Shown one piece after another: positions 19,325 through 28,899 of a stretch of 64,000 bases of DNA. The notes beneath the pieces were generated by a model, which was not told the DNA's origin, did no database searches, and saw nothing but the letters and a program-made list of their open reading frames with translations. Position numbers and translations under genes: made by a program. The DNA lies in contig CAVOKR010000006.1 in the NCBI GenBank assembly GCA_963696555.1, forward strand, positions 2,660 to 66,659, in the 5' to 3' direction. The DNA is from an uncultured Alphaproteobacteria bacterium. Lineage in GTDB: Bacteria; Pseudomonadota; Alphaproteobacteria; Rhizobiales; Xanthobacteraceae. The stretch's first letter is position 1. Each line of letters begins with the position of its first letter.

Positions 19325-19972
19325 CTAAGCCTGGGCCCTCACGCCATAGGCGCGCAAGAAGGTGCGGACGGCGATGCCCACCACGTATTTGATCGCATCC
19401 GCCTCCGGCGCTTTCCGGAAATTGAACAATACCGGCATGAACAGCGTCGATTTGCAGGAATCCATGAATTGCGCTGCCGCCACCTCACAGTCGTCGACCG
19501 CGAGCACGCCTGCGTCGATCTGCGCGCGCAGATAGGCGGCGAGCTTGGCGATCCCGACGGCGGGGCCGGTCTCGTAGAAAATTTTGCCGATTTCCGGCAT
19601 CCGGTCGGCAATCGCAACGACGGTGCGCAGCGCCGAGGCCTTGTCGGTGTGGCACAAAAATTCGAGATAGGCGGTGCCGAGGCGGGTGAGGGTGCCTCCC
19701 ACGTCGTGATCGTTGGGGTCGAGGTCGAACACACCCTCGGCGTGCACCAGGCATTCCTCATGAACGATGGCCTCGAACAGCTGCTCCTTGTTGGTGAAGT
19801 AGACATAGAGCGTGCCCTTGGAGACGCCCGCCGCGCGGGCGATGTCGCTCATGCTGGCCGCATCGAAGCCGCGCTCCAGGAACATGGTCCGGGCGCCCTG
19901 GACGATCTGGCGCCGTTTGGCGTTGTCGTCGGCGTTTTGCGGTGCCGGTTTGAGCAGAGCCTGAGCGCTCAT
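19325..19972 (-). CDS. TetR/AcrR family transcriptional repressor
   Basis: ..GFDAASMSDIARAAGVSKGTLYVYF.. HTH. Divergent from the efflux operon. Confidence 0.9.
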   Translation of the reverse strand: MSAQALLKPAPQNADDNAKRRQIVQGARTMFLERGFDAASMSDIARAAGVSKGTLYVYFTNKEQLFEAIVHEECLVHAEGVFDLDPNDHDVGGTLTRLGTAYLEFLCHTDKASALRTVVAIADRMPEIGKIFYETGPAVGIAKLAAYLRAQIDAGVLAVDDCEVAAAQFMDSCKSTLFMPVLFNFRKAPEADAIKYVVGIAVRTFLRAYGVRAQA

Positions 19973-20045
19973 CCTAAGATCTCCTCGCCTGAAGGCCCAA
20001 TCCCGTAGCCGCTACAGAGCCTTAGAACTTTCCTACACATTTTAT

Positions 20046-20064
20046 TGACCGAACGGTTCGGTCA
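20046..20064. promoter_or_regulatory. candidate TetR operator O1 (perfect 19-bp palindrome TGACCGAACgGTTCGGTCA)
   Basis: Perfect inverted repeat in the tetR/efflux divergent region, directly upstream of the -35. Confidence 0.7.
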
Positions 20065-20066
20065 TA

Positions 20067-20095
20067 TTGACATGCTTTGGCATCGCTTATATAAA
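20067..20095 (+). promoter_or_regulatory. sigma70-type promoter for the efflux operon (TTGACA-17 nt-TATAAA)
   Basis: Consensus -35 at 20067-20072 and near-consensus -10 at 20090-20095, bracketed by the two palindromes. Confidence 0.6.
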
Positions 20096-20096
20096 G

Positions 20097-20115
20097 CGAC
20101 CGAACCGTTCGGTCA
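20097..20115. promoter_or_regulatory. candidate TetR operator O2 (cGACCGAACcGTTCGGTCA)
   Basis: Second copy of the same palindrome, 18 of 19 positions, immediately downstream of the -10. A further half-site GTTCGGTCA follows at 20123-20131. Confidence 0.7.
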
Positions 20116-20152
20116 ACGCTGTGTTCGGTCATTTGATGAGTGGAGCGAGCCC

Positions 20153-21395
20153 ATGTATCGCGAAACAAACGAAGCAGGCTCCTATAGCGAAACCAACCGG
20201 AAGCCCGAAGGGCCCGCCCTCGAATACCGACCGGGCGCGTCCGGCGTCGCGACCGACGCGGCGGTGAGCGCGGCCACCAAGCGGCAAGGCCCAGCGGCGT
20301 TCCGGCTATTCAACCGCCGCGCGCTGATCGGGTCGACTGTTGTGCTCGCGCTAATGGGGGGATCCGCCGCCGGTCTGCATTGGTGGCTTAGCGGCCGCTA
20401 TATCGTTTCGACTGACGATGCCTATGTGCGCGCCCACAACACGACGCTCGCCTCGAAAATTTCCGGCTACGTGGCGAGCATCCCGATCGAAGACAATACG
20501 CCGGTCCGCGCCGGCGATGTGATCGCGACCATCGATGACGGCGATTACCGGCTCGCGGTCGACGCGGCCCGCGGGAAGGTCGCAACCGAGGAGGCAACGG
20601 TCGACCGTATCGGGCGCCAGATCACGGCCCAGGCCGCCACTGTCGATCAGACCAAGGCGCAACTCCTCTCCGCCCAGGCCGACGCCAAGAAAACCCAGCT
20701 GGAATTCGAGCGGCAGCAGACACTTTCCGCGCAGAAGTTCGCCAGCCAACAGCAATTCGAGCAGGCCGAGGCCAGCCGCGACCAGGCTGCCGCTTCGGTC
20801 GCAAGCGCCCAGGCGGTGATCGCCGCCGCCACGGCCAATCTCGACGTGCTCAAAGCCCAGCAAAAGGAAGCAGCGCGCACGCTCGATGAGTTGCAAACCG
20901 CTCAGGCGAAAGCCGAGCGCGACCTGTCATTCGCGGTGATCCGCGCGCCGGTCGACGGCGTGTTCAGCAATCGCGGGGTGCAGACCGGCGATTATGTGCA
21001 AACCGGGCAACGCGTCGCGAGTTCTCGTGCCGCTTCGCGACGTCTATATCGAGGCCAATTTCAAGGAGACGCAACTCGAGCGTCTGATGCCCGGCCAGCC
21101 TGTCTCGATCAGCATCGATGCGCTCCCGGAGCACACGATCAAAGGCACGGTGGCAAGTCTCGCGCCGGCCTCGGGCGCCGTGTTCTCGCTGCTGCCGCCG
21201 GATAACGCCACCGGCAATTTCACCAAGATCGTGCAGCGGCTGCCGGTGCGCATCGACGTGCCCGATAGCGTCACCGCGCAGCGGCTGTTGCGGCCCGGCA
21301 TGTCGGTCGTCGTCAGCGTCGACACCAAGTCATCCCGCCTGACCGAGGCCGGGCTGACCTCAGCCGCAGAGGCGGCCGAGGCCGCCGCGCGCTAA
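20153..21395 (+). pseudogene. HlyD/EmrA-family membrane fusion protein, frameshift near 21020
   Basis: SD ggag before ATG 20153. TM anchor, long coiled coil, ..VIRAPVDGV... C-terminal part ..LVPLRDVYIEANFKETQL..TGNFTKIVQRLPVRI.. lies in the 20994-21395 frame. Confidence 0.85.
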
Positions 21396-21410
21396 GCCGG
21401 GGAGAGCATC

Positions 21411-23016
21411 ATGGCCGCGACTGCCGCCGCAGCAATCCCCGCCGGTCGTGTCCCCGCGCCACCCGCGGCCGCTGCGAACGTCAGCGCGCCGATTCCGTTG
21501 CGGCGCCTGGTGGCCTTCCTCGCCATGTGTTTCGGCATGTTCATGGCGTTCCTCGATATTCAGATCGTGTCCTCGTCGCTCAACGAGATCCAGGCCGGCT
21601 TGTCGGCCTCGGCGGACGAAATCCCCTGGGTGCAGACCGCGTATCTGATTGCCGAAGTGGTGGCGATCCCGCTGTCTGGATTTTTGTCGCGTGCCCTCGG
21701 CACCCGCATTCTGTTCGCTACCGCCGCCGCCGGCTTCACGCTGGCGAGCATCATGTGCGGCACCAGTTCGTCGATTGACAGCATGATCGTGTGGCGCGCG
21801 ATCCAGGGCTTTATCGGCGGCGGCATGGTGCCGACCGTGTTCGCGTCGGCCTATCTGATCTTCCAGGGACCGCGGCAGAAACTCATCGCCCCCGTCGTCG
21901 GCCTGATCGCGACGCTGGCGCCGACCATCGGGCCGACGGTCGGCGGCTATCTCACCGACGCCTTCTCCTGGCACTGGCTGTTCTTCATCAATGTCGTGCC
22001 CGGCATTATCGTTACGATCGCTACCTTATCGCTGGTCGATTTCGACAAGCCCGATTTCGCACTGCTGAAGAATTTCGACTGGACCGGGCTCTTGAGCATG
22101 GCGGGCTTTCTCGGCGCCCTCGAATATGTGCTGGAGGAAGGCCCGCGCTACGAATGGTTCGACGACGATACGATTTTTGCCGTCGCCGTGGTGTCGGCGC
22201 TGTCCGCCGTCGTGTTCTTTGCCCGGGTGCTGACGGCGCGCGCGCCGATCGTCGACCTGCGCGCCTTTACCAACCGGAATTTCGCCGTAGGCAGCCTGTT
22301 CTCCTTCGTGCTCGGCATCGGGCTCTATGGGCTCGACTTATCTCTATCCGGTCTATCTGGCGCAGGTGCGCGGCTACGACGCGCTGATGATCGGCGAGAC
22401 CATGTTCGTCTCCGGCCTCGTCATGTTCGTCACCGCGCCGATCGCGGGCCGGCTCAACGAGCGGCTCGACCCGCGCATCATCCTCGCGTCAGGCTTCGTG
22501 TTCTTCGCCATCGGCACCTGGCAGATGAGCTATCTGACCTCGGATTGGGATTTTTGGGAACTATTGTGGCCGCAGATCTTTCGCGGTGTCGGGTTGATGT
22601 TCGCGATCATCCCGGTCACCAACACGGCGCTCGGCACGCTGCCGATGGAGCGCGTCAAGAATGCCTCGGGATTGTTCAATCTGATGCGCAACCTTGGCGG
22701 CGCGATTGGCCTCGCCGCCATCAATACCTGGTTCAACGACCGCATGGATCTCCATCTGCAGCGCCTGCACGAGGCGGTGAATACCTCGAGCATCCCGGCG
22801 GCGGAGACGCTGGCCCGTCTTGCCGAGCGCTTTCCGGGTTCGGATGCGCAGACGCAGGCGCTCAAGCAATTGATGCAGATGGTGCGGTTGCAGGCCGCCG
22901 TGATGAGCTATGCGGACGTGTTCCTGATGCTGACGGTGCTGTTTCTGGTGTTGGCGGGTTTCAGCATTCTGATGAAGCGGCCGCAGCCTGCGGCCGGCGT
23001 CGGCGCCGGGCATTGA
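21411..23016 (+). pseudogene. DHA2 (EmrB/QacA) family MFS efflux transporter, frameshift at the ggg run near 22329
   Basis: N-terminal half continuous to ..VLGIGLYG. The expected continuation STYLYPVYLAQVRGY.. is in the 22327-23016 frame. Confidence 0.85.
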
Positions 23017-23055
23017 GATTTCGCGCGCTCGCGCACGAGGCAGGCGCTCGCCCGA

Positions 23056-23715
23056 TCAGATCGATTCCGCCAAGCGCTCGAACGATTCTTCCACCAGGCT
23101 CATGTGATGGAACATCGCGGTGTGCGCGCCAACCGCATCGCCTTTCAGGATCGCGTTGACGACCTTCTTGTGTTCGTCATGCGATCGGGGAAGGCGTCCT
23201 TTGGTTTGAAATTGCGCGCGGCGAAACGGGGCGAGCCGGCGCCGCAAGCCGGTCGCGAAGTCGGCCACGATGGCATTGTGCGCGCCCAGGTAAATCTGGG
23301 TATGCAACGTCAGGTTGGCAGCCGCGAAGCCATCGCCGTCGTTGCGCACAACGAATTCCTGCATCGACTCGTGAAAGCTCGCCAGGCGGCGCCGTTCGAG
23401 CGGCGTCATGCTGATGGCCGACAGCCGCGCGCAGGTCGCCTCGATCTCCGCCATGGCGCCAAACAACGTTTCAAGTTGCGCCGAGGTCGCCCGCACCACT
23501 GTCGCGCCGCGGCGGGGCTTGATGTCGATCAATCCGGTCGACGCGAGCTGGCGCAACGCTTCGCGAACCGGCGTGCGCGATACCGCGTAGCGCTTCGCCA
23601 GCATCTTTTCGTCGAGTCTCAGTCCCGGTCGGAATTCACCGGACAAGATTGACGCCGCAATCGCGTCCGCGAGACGCTCGGCGCGGGTCGTACCCTCGAT
23701 CTCGTCCGTTTTCAT
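23056..23715 (-). CDS. GntR family transcriptional regulator (FadR/FCD C-terminal domain)
   Basis: ..LAKRYAVSRTPVREALRQLASTGLI.. wHTH. 219 aa. Confidence 0.85.
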   Translation of the reverse strand: MKTDEIEGTTRAERLADAIAASILSGEFRPGLRLDEKMLAKRYAVSRTPVREALRQLASTGLIDIKPRRGATVVRATSAQLETLFGAMAEIEATCARLSAISMTPLERRRLASFHESMQEFVVRNDGDGFAAANLTLHTQIYLGAHNAIVADFATGLRRRLAPFRRAQFQTKGRLPRSHDEHKKVVNAILKGDAVGAHTAMFHHMSLVEESFERLAESI

Positions 23716-23751
23716 GGAAAACCGATAGCACGGGCTGCGTCAAATCTGCAC

Positions 23752-23818
23752 AGATTTTATGCATACAAACTATTATTATGTGCATGCATAGCCACGTCAT
23801 TGTATGCACAATAGGGGG
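23752..23818. promoter_or_regulatory. AT-rich divergent promoter region with inverted repeats (candidate GntR operator)
   Basis: AAATCTGcaCAGATTT (23752-23767) and TGCATACAA ... TTGTATGCA (23770-23778 / 23810-23818) between the GntR gene and the divergent orphan genes. Confidence 0.4.
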
Positions 23819-23900
23819 TGCTGGCAGGCTTTCGGCCGCGAGCCGTTGGTCCTGTAGGCGTGGTGCCCCAGCGCTGAAGCGTCGATCCCGCAGCAGCGAT

Positions 23901-24323
23901 ATGAAGCCAAGTTGGACCCTTTCGACGTGTTTCGAATATTTCGGCGCCGCCCGGTCCCGCCGGCACTTCAGCGGATCGGCGATCAGCCGTGACGGCACAA
24001 CTGTCGTGGTCGCGATGTGGGAGGACGAGATCGTTCGCCAAGGCAGCCAGGCCACGTACCGGTCCCGATTTGGGCCGGCACTGCGAGGCAAGTCGCGAGG
24101 GGTAAGCCAGCAATGGATCGCCAACCTCAAATGGGCGATTGCGCGCTGCGGCGCTTGCGTTCGCATCGTCGTGCTGACCGCCGAAGATGCCGACGCCGAT
24201 CCCCGGGTCGTCCGGTCCTGTTATCCGGATGACGGCTTGATCATGCGGATCACCAGCTTCGACGCCACGACCGGATTCTTCCAGGCCAGCACGGTAAGCC
24301 AACGGGTGTCGTCGGAGCAGTGA
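23901..24323 (+). CDS. hypothetical protein (140 aa)
   Basis: ORF MKPSWTLSTCFEYFGAARSRRHF..VVVAMWEDEI... No recognisable motif. The upstream part of the 224-aa ORF overlaps the GntR start and the promoter. Confidence 0.45.
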   Translation: MKPSWTLSTCFEYFGAARSRRHFSGSAISRDGTTVVVAMWEDEIVRQGSQATYRSRFGPALRGKSRGVSQQWIANLKWAIARCGACVRIVVLTAEDADADPRVVRSCYPDDGLIMRITSFDATTGFFQASTVSQRVSSEQ

Positions 24324-24367
24324 AAGACGCTCTGTGTTGATGTCGATAGTTCGCGAGGTGGAAGCAC

Positions 24368-24670
24368 ATGCCGAAAGCAAGTCCGATAACAAGAGACCAC
24401 GTTCTCGATGCGATGACCTATGTGGGGCCGGATCCGGCGCAGTGGCCGGTCCGGTCGCGGCCGACCGTCTATGTGGTGATCGACCCGAGAAACGGCGCCC
24501 CGCTGCCGCCGAAGCTCGTGTTGACGACCGCGGCGCAGATGGCGAGCGAAGACCGGCGCCACCACCCCATGTTCAGCGGCGGCCAGCACACCAATAATCG
24601 GCTGAAGGAGCTCGGCTTCCTGGTGCTCGAAAAATCCTCCGCCGAATTGATCTCTTCGTCGGCGGCCTAA
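24368..24670 (+). CDS. hypothetical protein (100 aa)
   Basis: ORF MPKASPITRDHVLDAMTYVG..VYVVIDPRNGAPLPPKLVLTTAAQ... Only a weak resemblance to N-terminal head domains of McrA-type nucleases. Confidence 0.45.
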   Translation: MPKASPITRDHVLDAMTYVGPDPAQWPVRSRPTVYVVIDPRNGAPLPPKLVLTTAAQMASEDRRHHPMFSGGQHTNNRLKELGFLVLEKSSAELISSSAA

Positions 24671-24954
24671 GAGGCATCCGCCAGCGCGGCCGGTGCGGGT
24701 CGCTGCTGCGATGAGCTTCATGATCGGCTCGAACGTCGCGCCGTAATCGGCCACGGCGCGGCCGTCCCGCTTGGTCGCTCCGCGCCGGCACCGCATGCGG
24801 CGGTCTTTACGGCCTCGACTTTTTTTCTGGAACAGGTCTCAGCGCAACGAGAGATGGCTCGTCGCGACGCCGGCCTGTTCGAGGTCGCCTGTTTCAGGCT
24901 AGTAGAGTGCGAGCGCAACGCACCCTGGTCCAATCCATCCATAAAAATATATCC

Positions 24955-25977
24955 ATGAAAAAAATCGGCTTCCTGTCCTTCGGCCATTGGACGCCTTCGC
25001 CGCAGTCGAAGACGCGGACGGCGTCCGACGCGCTCTTGCAATCGATCGAGCTTGCGGTCGCGGCCGAGACGCTCGGCGCCGATGGGGCCTACTTTCGGGT
25101 GCACCACTTCGCCCGTCAGCTCGGCTCGCCGTTTCCGCTTCTGGCCGCCGTCGGCGCGAGGACCAAACGGATCGAGATCGGCACCGCGGTCATCGACATG
25201 CGCTATGAGAACCCGCTCTATATGGCGGAGGATGCAGGCTCCGCCGATATCATCGCCGGCGGCCGCCTGCAGCTTGGCATCAGCCGCGGCTCGCCCGAGC
25301 AGGTCATCGACGGCTGGCGCTACTTCGGTTACGTCCCGGAGGAGGGCAAGACCGATGCCGACATGGCGCGGCGCCACACCGAAGTCTTGCTCGAGGTGCT
25401 CCGCGGCGAGGGCTTTGCGCGCCCGAACCCGCGCCCGATGTTTCCGAACCCTCCCGGCCTGTTGCGGCTTGAGCCCTACGCGGAGGGCTTGCGCGATCGC
25501 ATCTGGTGGGGCGCCGGCACCAACGATACCGCCGCCTGGGCCGCCAAGCTCGGCATGAACCTGCAGAGCTCGACACTTAAAATCGACGAGAGCGGGCGGC
25601 CGTTTCACGTCCAGCAGGCCGAGCAGATCCGGATCTTCCGCGAGGCGTGGAAGGCCGCCGGTCATGCGCGCGAGCCGCGGGTCTCGGTCAGCCGCAGCAT
25701 CTTTGCGCTCATGGACGATCGCGACCGTGCCTATTTCGGGCGCGACAGCGACAACGCGGACACCATCGGTTATCTCGGCGACGACACCCGCGCCATCTTC
25801 GGGCGTAGCTACGCGGCCGAGCCTGACGCCCTCATCGCGCAGCTGAAGACCGACGAAGGAATAGCCGAAGCTGATACGCTGCTCCTGACCGTGCCCAATC
25901 AGCTCGGCGTCGACTACAACGTCCATGTCATCGAGGCGATCCTCAAACATGTCGCGCCGGGGCTGGGCTGGCGCTGA
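24955..25977 (+). CDS. LLM-class (luciferase-like) flavin-dependent oxidoreductase
   Basis: MKKIGFLSFGHW..YFRVHHF..LQLGISRGS.. pattern. 340 aa, intact. Confidence 0.8.
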   Translation: MKKIGFLSFGHWTPSPQSKTRTASDALLQSIELAVAAETLGADGAYFRVHHFARQLGSPFPLLAAVGARTKRIEIGTAVIDMRYENPLYMAEDAGSADIIAGGRLQLGISRGSPEQVIDGWRYFGYVPEEGKTDADMARRHTEVLLEVLRGEGFARPNPRPMFPNPPGLLRLEPYAEGLRDRIWWGAGTNDTAAWAAKLGMNLQSSTLKIDESGRPFHVQQAEQIRIFREAWKAAGHAREPRVSVSRSIFALMDDRDRAYFGRDSDNADTIGYLGDDTRAIFGRSYAAEPDALIAQLKTDEGIAEADTLLLTVPNQLGVDYNVHVIEAILKHVAPGLGWR

Positions 25978-26014
25978 CGCAAAAGCCAATCTCGCCGCCC
26001 GCAAGGAACTAGCG

Positions 26015-26275
26015 ATGCTCCGTTTCTACCGCCGGCACAGCGATGACGATGCCGGCGTGACGCTCTGGAACACCGGCTACGCCATGGTCTATGGCGCCGC
26101 GATCGGTGCCGCGGCAGCGGCGGTAAAACTCGTTGCGCCGTGGAGCGAGCCGCGGCCGCTTCTCGCGATGGCCGAGGAAGTCGTCGGCGCGGCGCTTGCG
26201 TTTGCGCTGTTGTGCGGCGTCGCCGCCGCTATCCGCAACTTTATCGTGCGGCGGCTGGACTCACAGGATATTTGA
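26015..26275 (+). CDS. small membrane protein (86 aa)
   Basis: Two predicted TM helices (..AMVYGAAIGAAAAAVKLV.. and ..VVGAALAFALLCGVAAAI..). Confidence 0.45.
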   Translation: MLRFYRRHSDDDAGVTLWNTGYAMVYGAAIGAAAAAVKLVAPWSEPRPLLAMAEEVVGAALAFALLCGVAAAIRNFIVRRLDSQDI

Positions 26276-26389
26276 TCCGGGGCCCCGAGCCCTTGCGTGT
26301 GGATGGAACCCAATTACACGAGGGGGTTGCGTAGCCTTTTTGGTTGGATTAGCCTTCGATCACTGCGTTGGGGCGTGGGGGCATTGATC

Positions 26390-26839
26390 ATGCGTTGGGG
26401 CCTTGGGGCGTTGCTTGTTGTCGTTGCTGTCGGCTGTGCGGGCTGCGTCACGCAGTCGACGCCGCAGCCGATCGCGTCCGCGGTCGCGCCGGGACAAGCC
26501 AGGGTTTCAATCACGCGGGTCGACGGGACGTCGTTATTGGGCAGCTCCGTCCACATCGCCGTCAATAACGTCGCGGTTGCCGACCTCGCCGAGGGGCAGA
26601 CTTTCACCAGCGGCGTGCGCCCGGGCGACGTCACCTTGAGCGCAAGCGGTACGGCGGACATCGGTCAATATACCGTGCATTTCAAAGCCGTCCCTGGAAA
26701 GACCTATGCGTTCCAGATTTCGAAACGCATGGAGCACATGGTGGCAGGGGTGGTCGGCGGCCTCGCCGGTCTCCTCGTCGAAACCGCCGTGAGCGGCGAG
26801 CACGGAGGCGCGTTCCAGATCACCCAGGTGAAGCCGTAA
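26390..26839 (+). CDS. putative lipoprotein
   Basis: MRWGLGALLVVVAVGCAGC lipobox-like signal. C-terminal Gly-rich hydrophobic segment. Confidence 0.55.
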   Translation: MRWGLGALLVVVAVGCAGCVTQSTPQPIASAVAPGQARVSITRVDGTSLLGSSVHIAVNNVAVADLAEGQTFTSGVRPGDVTLSASGTADIGQYTVHFKAVPGKTYAFQISKRMEHMVAGVVGGLAGLLVETAVSGEHGGAFQITQVKP

Positions 26840-26921
26840 CGGCAAGCGTAGCGCTGATGCGGACGGCCTGCTGACCATTCCTTCCGGCACGATACCCCCG
26901 GATTCGGCCCGCTGATCCGGG

Positions 26922-27316
26922 CTACGCTTGTTCCTCGATGGCGTCGACGCGATCGGGATAGAACGCGACATAATCCTTGATCGCTGAGACCGCGGCGTAG
27001 GGCGCCTCATAGGTCCAGATCGCGTTGACCGAACGCTCGCCCCCCACGGGGATGCTGTAATAGCTGCAGTCACCTTTGTAGGGGCAGTAGGTGGCGTGCG
27101 CCGTCCGCTCGATAGCGCGGTATCCACGTCCTTCCGCGGAATATACCGGACCGGCGGATAGCTCGCCTCGCGCAGCGTCAAGGCGTCCCGCGTATCGGCC
27201 ACAACACGTCCCGCGACCGTCACGACGATCCGCTTCGCATCGCGCTCGATCGTGATCGGATGATCCGGCCCCGGGATTTTGATGGTCTTCTGGTTTCGGA
27301 CGGCAGTTTCCGCCAT
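26922..27316 (-). pseudogene. DUF427-domain protein, frameshift near 27120
   Basis: MAETAVRNQKTIKIPGPDHPITIE..YPPVRYIPRKDVD then ..IERTAHATYCPYKGDCSYYSI..WTYEAPY..IKDYVAFYPDRVD in the neighbouring frame. Confidence 0.75.
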
Positions 27317-27405
27317 GGTTTTGCTCCTTGCGATCCCGCACCCAGCGCGCCGGCGAAGTCTAACGCCGCGGCGGTGATGCGTCCAGCAAGCGCCCCTAAT
27401 GGTTG

Positions 27406-28737
27406 CTACGAGCCAGCTTGCGCGCTGATTAGTTTGGGGACGTCCTCCGTTTTAATCAGGACAGATTCGATCTCGTCTATGGGCCAAGCGAGATATTTAT
27501 GGCGCGCCATGCGCTCGATCGCCGATCTGTTTTTGCGAAACGTCTCTAGCCGTTCCTTACCGGTACGACCGCTCGTGCCATTGACACCGAAATTGTCGTC
27601 GAGAGCTTCTCGACTAATTGCGCAGCTCACGGGGTTACCGAGTGCTTCACCGAAAAACGTCACTATGTCGCGGTTAAAATCATACTTTGGCGGGGGATTA
27701 TTGAAAGTGAGGTTCAGTCCAACCGTTATGTTTCGACGTTCGTCGACGGCTTTGAGAGTTAGATCACGAATGGCGGCGGGCAGTTGGCCGAGGCCTTCGC
27801 CAAGTAACTGACGCCACGTTTTTCCGCGTTGATATGCTTCTTTCCAGACTGTCTTGAGTTCATAGGTTCGCTTTTGTGAGAGCAAAGCAAGCAATTGCGC
27901 CGACTGCTGAACATCCTTTTCCTGCTTCGCAGCTCCCACGGGGCGCAGACGGGAAACAATCAGCTTATGAACGGCATAACGTTCCGGCGCCGGTACAAGC
28001 ACGTAGACGCCGGCGCCGTGCAATACCACGGCCGGTTCCGGATCGCGGATAAGGTAGTCTAAATACCGAAGGGGCTCGGCATCCGTTTGAAATGCTGGAA
28101 GCCGCTGCGGAACGTCGGTGTCGGGCCCTTCATTGGGTGTAAGAAAATCAACGCCGAGCCCTCCTCTGGCGCGATAACTTGTGACGTTGCGCTCACTGTG
28201 AACGTGTGGAACAGGTCGGAAGGTCTTATCTACTTCCTTGAGTACGTCGAGGATGGGAGGCGTCTGGTCACCGACGGCCACTGAGATATTGCCGGACTGC
28301 GCTATATCCACGTCTCCTGTTTGCAGGGTCGATATCGGAAATCTGGCTCCCAGCATGGCCGAATAGGTTTGGTAGGCGGCAGTGCCGGCCAGAACCCCGC
28401 GTAGCCGGAAAATGCCGGCCTTTGCTAAAGCAGCAATGATGTTGCCAAGCTCCGGCGGTGGTCGTGGAAGCCCATATGCTCGCACAAGTGTTGATGCGAG
28501 GGCGCGTCGTTCGCGCTCGTCGTCGCGAGCTTGCTTATGATTGGCAATTCGTTCCAACAATTCTGGCGTTTCGGCGCCGACGTATCTTTGGGCGCGACCG
28601 TCATTGGACGTTTCTTGGAAGTACCAATAGCGCCTGCCCTTAATTGCTTTTGCGATGAATGTACCGTCTTCGGAAAATGTGTCGCGGAATGCCGTCGCCG
28701 CACACCGCTGCACCAATTCGGCGTATGTCGTTTGCAT
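27406..28737 (-). CDS. nucleotidyltransferase-fold protein (resembles the GSU2403 / NTP_transf_8 family) fused to a C-terminal DUF1488-like domain
   Basis: Intact ORF in lower-GC DNA. MQTTYAELVQRCAATAF..KGRRYWYFQ..VGAETPELLERIANHKQARDDERERRAL..LQTGDVDIAQ..VDFLTPNEGPD..APERYAVHKLIVS.. C-terminal ..VTFFGEALGNPVSCAISREALDDNF..FRKNRSAIERMARHKY.. Start ATG 28737 (alternatives 28758 or 28827 would run into the operators). Confidence 0.6.
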   Translation of the reverse strand: MQTTYAELVQRCAATAFRDTFSEDGTFIAKAIKGRRYWYFQETSNDGRAQRYVGAETPELLERIANHKQARDDERERRALASTLVRAYGLPRPPPELGNIIAALAKAGIFRLRGVLAGTAAYQTYSAMLGARFPISTLQTGDVDIAQSGNISVAVGDQTPPILDVLKEVDKTFRPVPHVHSERNVTSYRARGGLGVDFLTPNEGPDTDVPQRLPAFQTDAEPLRYLDYLIRDPEPAVVLHGAGVYVLVPAPERYAVHKLIVSRLRPVGAAKQEKDVQQSAQLLALLSQKRTYELKTVWKEAYQRGKTWRQLLGEGLGQLPAAIRDLTLKAVDERRNITVGLNLTFNNPPPKYDFNRDIVTFFGEALGNPVSCAISREALDDNFGVNGTSGRTGKERLETFRKNRSAIERMARHKYLAWPIDEIESVLIKTEDVPKLISAQAGS

Positions 28738-28771
28738 GACGAGAGAGGGCGCGGGCATGGCGTTTTGTCCG

Positions 28772-28801
28772 GTTATACGCAATTTGCAATTTGCGTATAA
28801 C
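28772..28801. promoter_or_regulatory. operator-like palindrome 1 (GTTATACGCAA-n8-TTGCGTATAAC)
   Basis: Perfect 11-bp arms, 35-64 nt upstream of ATG 28737. Confidence 0.6.
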
Positions 28802-28827
28802 ATTGCTCGCTTCGAAAAGCCACCCAA

Positions 28828-28855
28828 TTATACGCAATTCGTGGAATGCGTATAA
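28828..28855. promoter_or_regulatory. operator-like palindrome 2 (TTATACGCA-n10-TGCGTATAA)
   Basis: Same arms as palindrome 1, centre-to-centre distance about 55 bp. Confidence 0.6.
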
Positions 28856-28899
28856 CTCATAAGCAATTGATAGTAGTAGATTATGGCAGAAAGCGTTGC

